A stretch of 64,000 nt of DNA, from NCBI GenBank assembly GCA_013239625.1, contig MU054098.1, positions 1 to 64,000 of the forward strand. Reading direction: 5' to 3'. The position numbers were made by a program, and so were the translations under genes. The first letter of the stretch is position 1. Every line of letters begins with the position of its first letter. Positions 56,460-64,000 of the stretch are shown here, one piece after another. The notes under the pieces were generated by a model, which saw only the letters and a list, made by a program, of their open reading frames with translations, did not search any database and was not told the DNA's origin. The stretch comes from Lama guanicoe. Taxonomy: Eukaryota.

Positions 56460-56750
56460 TTTAAGGACTTTACTTTTTAAGACAGTTCACAGCAAAATTG
56501 AGCAGAAAGTACAGAGAATTCGGTTCCCATGTACCCCCTGCCCTCACACTCGCAGTCTCCCCCAATATCAACATCCCCACCAGAGCAGTGCATTTGTCAC
56601 AGTCGATGAACTTATCATTGTCACCTAAAGTCCATAGTTGACATTAGGCTCACTCTTGGTGTTGGACACTCTATTCCTTTTTTACCAAGTATATATAATA
56701 GCACATAGCCACCGTGATAGTATCATACAGAATAGTTTCACTGCCCTAAA
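56460..56750 (-). mobile_element. L1MB-type 3' fragment
   Basis: TTCACAGCAAAATTGAGCAGAAAGTACAGAG...AGAATAGTTTCACTGCCCTAAA. Confidence 0.75.
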
Positions 56751-59084
56751 TCTGTTGCCTTTCCAAATAAGTATTCTATGTGTTAAACTTCACCAACTAT
56801 ACAATACACAAATTTGAGATCTTATATTTATCCCTCTAAGACATTTTTTTAAAAGTTAAGAGACTACTTGCCAACTCATCTTTTTGCCATTACAACTAAT
56901 ACTCAGTCCAGAGAAGCTCAAGAGAGCTGGGCCACATCTGTCTTTCGCACACACAGAGTTGTCACCTGAGAGCTTATCACAGTGCCAGGCACATAGTAAG
57001 GCACTCAATAAAACAGGACTTTCATAAATTCATCCATTTAGCTGTGTGCCAAGCCTACATTATATAAATTTGTATTCCTATTACTTGCCCGAACCCTCGT
57101 AACAGCCTTATATGGTAAAGATGCTTATCCTCTTTTTTCTTATTAGATAATATAGGCTCAGAGGACCACAGACCTGGAATTCAAACTTAGCTTTCTCAAA
57201 TCCCTGGGATTTTAAAATGATCATATGATACTATTAGCTAAGTTTCCATCATAATGCGACACACATTTATAATGACTCATATTTTTAAAACTCAAATAAA
57301 CACAGACATTTTAAACACATAAAGCAGAACTTGTCTGTTCATAAACTTTTCTCACCTATGATGTTAAAATGTCACTAAAGACAGACAACTTCTCAGTAGG
57401 TAAGTTGGGTAAAAATACCTTTAAGAACAGTCTCAGGATGTATAAGGTAAAGAAAGATCTTCAGTTAGATACGAAGCAGTCATTTTAAAGATTAAGAGTA
57501 AAAAGTGACTTTTCATAAATTAAGCTTCAACTAGTGATAGTACTTTTAAAAAGTACTGTATATGTTACTAATATGATGTCCAACACTTCTGATTACAAAA
57601 ATACTATAAAGGCTTTACTCCAATTGTTCTTCACGTACATTTTAAGTAACCACGCTTTCAGTACGAATTATTGCCCATCTCCACGAATTATACCATGCAG
57701 AACAACGGCACAGAAAGTTTGAAAGTGAGACTGTCTCAGAAAATCCAAACCATGTGGCCTCTACTTTATTTCTAAAGGTCCTTTCCAGTTTAGGCAATTT
57801 GTGAGTTAATAATAATCTAAAGGATGTGAGTTAAAAAAAAAAGACGATTTTATTCTCCTACAAGAGAAAATTAGACCAAGATGGCTTTAGACATAGCCCT
57901 GCCCCACCCCGCCTCCCCTTTAATCCCTGCGACCAGTGGGTTCTGAATCAATCCTTCTTCTCTCATTTCTCCCCTTTGCAGGCAGCAGGGCTGAACAGGG
58001 TAGAAATCTTTCCTTCTTCTTTATGCCCCTCTCCCAACACAATATACCTTTATCCTCCCACAATTTTACCTATATTTTAGGCATCTGTTATATGCCTAGT
58101 TCCTGCCCTCAAGGAATTTACAACCTGGGGAAGACAAAGATGTAGATGATTATAATTGGACACAAACTGAATTAGTGGCTGTAATAGAAAGTATAGAAGG
58201 GGAAAGACTCTGGAGATTTGAAGGATTAATTCCTTCTCAGGCGGGCCAGGAGAGCAGTACTTCTGTTCTTCCTACAAAATTAGAAAATACTTTTATCTCA
58301 TAGATATGATTTCAAGGCACTTGCTTACTTAAAAATATATATTAATACAATGCATCATTAAAAAAAACCAAAAGACTCTCAAGTTTGCTAATTTCTTATT
58401 TCTAATTATCATAATAAAAGCCTAAAGTGACCCCTTTTACACCTGTAACTCAGATTTTTTCTATCTACAGGAGACATGAAGAGGCACAATTGAATAATAA
58501 AAAGAATTAGAACACGTGTATATTCCCCAAACATTTGTTTGGTCCACGATAACAAAATAGTTTAATTTAGGAGTCTCTTACTTAAATAAAATATATTTCA
58601 TTAATTGGTAATTATTTGAAACTAAATAAATAAATGCAACCTTGAAGTACCCGAGTTAAAACAAAGAAATACAAAGTCAAATGTAACACTTCAGTTGATA
58701 AAAATCACAATATGTAAATTAGCTATTTAATGTAGATTTTTTCCCCCATTATGAATACAGAAAGGTTTGTCCTTAAGACTACTCAAAGGTACTTGATGGT
58801 AACTTTAAGAAAATCAAGTAATTAAGTACTATCCTGGGAGAAAATATCTCATTTAAATAATTTAGGGAATACCGCCAGGTAGGTAGCAACAGCAGATTTC
58901 TAGAAACCTTACAAACTAAAATTACGAAAGCTCTATCCCTCTTCATGCGGCATTCATTGTACTTTAGGGCCATTTTCTCTCAAAGCAAGTAAAACATCCC
59001 AGACTGGGGCTTTTGACTTCATCATGGCCCTGCGGTTACTGCCTGCGGCAAACTGTGGTTCCCCACCCAAGGATGTATGTTCTG

Positions 59085-59290
59085 ATGGGAAGACAGACGT
59101 TGAATCAGAAGACATCAATTAGAGCCCCGGCTCTGCTACTTCCTAGCAGTGTGTCTATGAGCGAGTTTACTTAATCTCTCTAAGTCTCAGTTTCCTCATC
59201 TGAAAATAGCCATAATACCTACTTCCCTAGGGTCCTCATGAAGATTAAAGATGGCATGTGAAGGCACGCCCTCAACTATAAAGTATTATA
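59085..59290 (+). mobile_element. MIR SINE
   Basis: ACTTAATCTCTCTAAGTCTCAGTTTCCTCATCTGAAAAT core. Confidence 0.75.
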
Positions 59291-62200
59291 CAGCAGCTTC
59301 AAATCCTTACTGGAAGAAAATAGGAAATAAATCAATGTTATATAAATATAAGGCCTAAATTCTACTAAGAACCTTTTAAATGGACTATATGAAAACTTAC
59401 GTCATTTGCCCTATAATTATTGACTACAGAATATAACAGAGCTCCTTCATATATAAAAAAGTGTGAGCCTTTAAGTCAAAGTAATTTAAGAAGGATGGGA
59501 CTAGCGAAAATCTGTCAGCTACTTTTTACCCATGACTCAATTTGGTTCCTGCATAAGGCCAGTTTCTGAACACAACTTGAAAAGTGGCCATGAGCTATTT
59601 AAAAAAAATTTTTTTTTAATTTTATATCAGGGCCATCTTAAAAAAAATAGCTAACAGCTTTCAATATCGGCACATTCCTTCTACTTTGCACATTTATTTT
59701 TCACGAGCAATGAAAGATAAAAGGTGAAGAGGTAAAAACTAAATACTCCATGCTGAATACAAGTTTAACCTCAACTTCACAGTATGTGATTGCTAGGCAG
59801 AAAGTCTGACTTTTGAAATGTGTTGAAATGTGTCCTTTCCCCAGCCTGTCTTCCCACAAAAGTGAACGTTATTTACATAAAGAGAAAGAGAAGGTGCTGA
59901 TACCAAAAAAAAAAGGAAGAAAAAAAAAGATACTTTCCCTCTCCATTTAAATTTAGCCAAATGAAATACTAATAAAAGCTTCCAGGATCTCTGCCTTTTT
60001 CTGAATTCTCTCATTTGCCAGCACTTTGATCTGTCCCAAACTCTGTTTCCTATGCAGTTTCCTAGCGCCCATGCCTTCTCTATAAAGGGAAAGCAGCAGG
60101 AAGAAAGCAAACCCTCTCTCTCCCTAAACATCTGAGACACAGGAAAACAGATTTTCAAATAAGGGAATGAAACAAAAGCAAACAAAACCTTGTTTGTTTG
60201 TTTTGTCATAAAAGGATATGGTGTACAACTGGGTCTGAATTCAGGGCGTCACCCAGAGAGGAATCTTATGCCTATGAAGTCATCCCTAATTACAGAGTTT
60301 GACTAACAATACGGCAATTATGAAACCACTCCACTGGCTCGTTTAACTATACTTAAACCCTGAACACAAATCTTTGCTGAGAAAGGTGTACCTACAACTA
60401 ACTACCTGAAACTATTACTCAAATTCTGAAAGGTATTTGATGGAGATTGGGGGGGGGCATGCCTGTTTTCATCCCCTAAGGTGATTCACGTTAGGAATGC
60501 AGCTGACTAATCTATTTACTCATCTGTGTCACACAGAACCACGTGGGTCAGGAGGCAGGGCATGCACAATGGGAGACTCAACCATGGATAATCCAGAGTT
60601 GATTATGAACTTTGTGTTTTTTTTTCCTTGAAATTGAAAGGCAGCTAAAAGATAAAAGCAAGGGATATTCACCATAGACTTTATCCAGCTACTAGTAAGC
60701 CAGGTAAATAGAACTGGGAAAGCAAGGCTGGTGACTTAAATTGGAGATCTGGCTACATACACTTAAGCTGGTAAATTTGTATCATGGAGAAGAGAGGGTG
60801 GACAAAACATGGACAAATACATTATTTGTGTTTGTGGCTTTGTCACTTTCTTCTGTCCAGAACAGGCAGTGCTTCTTAACACCCACACTTCACATACCTA
60901 CCAGTACCAACAGAGCTCCTCCCCAGTAGGTAAGCACACATCTCCAGGTCAGATGGGTGCGCAACCCTCTGTGCTAAAGCTCACCTACCCTCAACTCTGA
61001 TTACTCAAGCTCCAGTGCTGTGTTTCCAAACGACTTTAGAAGATTTCAACTTGAATGTCTATCATATTCACCCACTTATTCATTTATACTCAAGCCTTAA
61101 TTGAAGGGTTACTATGTACCAGGCACGGTGTTGTGTGCTGCAGATAACAGAGAATTAGGACTCAAAGTCTCCTCTTAATGAGCTTACTGTCCAGTGGGGG
61201 GAAAAATGGAAAAATTTTTGCCATCACGCTACTATAGTCATGTTCACTGAGGGGTGGGGTGACAGTGGTGGGCTTCGAGGAAAGGTTTTCCAGAGAAGGT
61301 GACTTTTGAACTTTACCTTAAAACATAAGTAGAATTCCTCAGACAGATTTCACTGGTAAATGCATTCTAGGCACAGAGACATAAAGAGAAGATGATATTC
61401 TGGAGCTGGAGAATGACAATGTGGTTGGAGCACCGGTGCCTAGGGTTTGTGACAGACACAAGTGGAGCAGAAGGTCAGGGCTGAATTTAGAAGGGCTACA
61501 CTCAAAATCTGGACTTGACTCTCCAGCCAAGGGAAAAGGAAGGTCAGTGAGGAAAATTTCAGTCACCAAAGTATAAGCGTCTACATTTGAACTTATTGCC
61601 ATATTATTTCTCCCCTTTTCAAGTATCTCTGCTGTCAAGTTGGGTCTCCTTTTCAATTTCTTTACTTTCCTGAGTCTCCAGGTTTACAAATTTGAGACTG
61701 AACTTTGGCCACAGGAAACCAAAGGAGATGGAAGTAAATCACTATGCCCTCTGGGTTCTTCCATCATATCCATTTATCATCTCATGTCTGGCCTTTTCCA
61801 AAGGCCTTTTAGCTAATCTAGCTACAGTCCTGTCTCTCCCAGTGTAATCTTTACACTGCTAACTTCTCGAAGAGCGGAGCTAAGATATATTCCCTACAAA
61901 GGCAGGTCCCAACTTTTAAGCACAACATCCAAAGTCCTATACACTTCTGTATTGCTACCTGCCTGTCTTTCCAATGTTACCTCCCATTACATGCACTGCA
62001 CAGCCTGGAATCACACTCTGTAGAGATACCCTACTCCCCAACAGGCCATGTGTCTGCCTATCTCCATTCCTTCTCCTCTGTGGCTCTCTCAGTGGAATGC
62101 CCTTCACCCATCTCCTATCCACATTTCAAAAAGATCTTTGAGAAAGTCTCTTCAGAGTGTCCTCACACGAGATAAAAATGCTCTCTTCCCAATACTCTCA

Positions 62201-62494
62201 CAGAACTGTGTGTTTTCTTCTATTACGGCCAGTAATTGAAGCTTTTTGTCTGATCCTTTCAGACAGCTCCAATTTTAAATATCTTGTTTTACTGTAAGAC
62301 CATATGTACTAATTTTTTAATGGGAAAATACAGTCATCACAAGGAGAGCGTTTAATACTATTATACAAAAGCTCTTTGATGGAAGGGACCATATCCCATT
62401 CATCCTTATATTCCCAACCCCTATCACAGTACCTACAGATTAGGTAATAATAATAATTAGGATAATATAATAACATATCATTGTAAGTTTATAT

Positions 62495-62745
62495 TATAGC
62501 AGCTAACATTTATGGAGGACTTTTTATTTATGTGGACTGTGCTAAATGCTTTATATATACATTATGTAAGTTACTTCTCGGAAAAACTCTCTGAATCATG
62601 TAACATTGTTATTTCCATTTTACAGAAAAGCAAGCAGGCTTAGAGAAGTTCACTAACTTGTCAGTCACACACCTAGAAAGAGGTAGAGCAGGGTCTCAAA
62701 CCCAACTCTGCCTGACACCAAAGTCAGTATTCTCAAATATTACGC
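62495..62745 (-). mobile_element. MIR SINE
   Basis: TCCATTTTACAGA...GGCTTAGAGAAGTT...AACTTG core on the opposite strand. Confidence 0.7.
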
Positions 62746-64000
62746 TATATTATATAGCTTCCTCAACCACGGCTTATTGAATGAACTTATTTCCCCAACA
62801 AGACTATAAACTTATTAAAGTAGAAGCAGGGCTTACTCATCTCTGTACTCCCCATAGCACTTAGTATAATGCAGGGACACAGTGCCTTCTCAATAAATAT
62901 CGTGAATCCAAAATGGTCCACATCTAGAACCCACCCTTTTGATCACATCCATCCCATTTTAGGGAAGCTATGATTTCTTACATTTAAACAGCTAGTCTAA
63001 TTTTTGTTTGATATTCCTGGTCCTCTAGAGTGTTCTACTAGTCACATCTAACCAATTCAATCTTTCAACAACACTGAAAATTAGCTTTTTGATCATGACC
63101 ATCCTCTAGAACATGTCCTATTAACTCCGACATCAGTACCTTTTGTTTTATCCTGCCCCCACTCCCTCTTAGATCCCACCCTCCTGAAAAGAACTCCTTC
63201 TCTCTGTATCTACCTCACACTTATAATGCCTTCCTCCTCTTCCTTCTTCTCTCCTTATCCAAATTCTGCTCACCATTCAAGGTTCAACAGAAGCCTCACC
63301 CTCTCCCAAACCATGTTTCCCAATGACTCCACACCCCTGCTGCTCTTTCTTTTCAACTCCCACGGGATTTAGAACCTTGCTGCAAAATTTAGCAATTTAA
63401 TTATACACTTCCTCCTATAGTTATACAAGTGGTTGTCAGGACAGTCTGCCTGGGACACCCATCATCCTACTTGATTCAGTTCATCTGCCTCCTCCACACG
63501 GATCCTCAAACTTGGTCAAAGAGAATAATCTTCCCCAATCAAAGAGAACCATTCTTTCATCAACGGCACACAAATACTTGTCTAATTATTTTTCAAAATT
63601 GTTTGCTTCTCAAGAACAGAGTCTACACTTCATCTTCCTCTCGGATACTCCCACAATAATAATCCAATGCTGGATGCTAGGTACAGAGATATGGCTCAGA
63701 AAATTCCAACTGACTGCAACGTTTCGAGTACAATGAAAATTCCCAGCATGCCCAATATCCAGTGATCACTATTATTTATTAGGAAAGAAACAAGAGCCTA
63801 GGGTAGTTAAGTGACTGCCCAAGACACAGAGCTGTGCAGCAAATGTAAACATTTTTAAGAAAAGAGTATGTGAGAGAGAAGGTAATTTACCACTCCTACC
63901 ATAAAAATAAAAACAAAGCGGCTACACACTACTTTGTGGAAGAGAATTTAAAAACTCCTAACAAACATGACCATGATGTTGAGAAATATGAACGAATGCC

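Noticed and set aside
54438..64000. PLS3 promoter or first exon (including a donor-like TAG|GTGAGC at 60985/60984)
   Set aside because: No CpG island and no paired acceptor or TSS evidence; exon 1 is probably beyond the right edge

Overview
Mammalian genomic DNA, very probably camelid (five Vic-1-type tRNA-derived SINEs), and X-linked by PLS3 synteny. The right two-thirds holds the complete coding region of PLS3 (plastin-3/T-plastin) on the minus strand: 15 GT-AG-bounded coding exons from 54426 to 21661, totalling 1893 nt (630 aa + stop), and a ~1.1 kb 3'UTR. The non-coding first exon and promoter presumably lie beyond the right edge. An extra 27-nt in-frame candidate microexon (LIDFSNSVK, 31051-31077) sits between exons 8 and 9. 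The left ~14 kb is a nested endogenous-retrovirus stack. An old degraded pol-env provirus is cut inside env TM by a second provirus, which is interrupted by a third (tRNA-Arg PBS). There are also several solo LTRs, one nested in another with intact TSDs. Strong same-orientation CTCF motifs lie in this downstream flank, which faces DXZ4 in other mammals. I found no convincing undescribed multi-gene system. The best leads are the microexon, a 4-nt splice-slide at intron 12, the nested ERV stack and its regulatory motifs. Repeat family names are from recognition and were not checked against a database.
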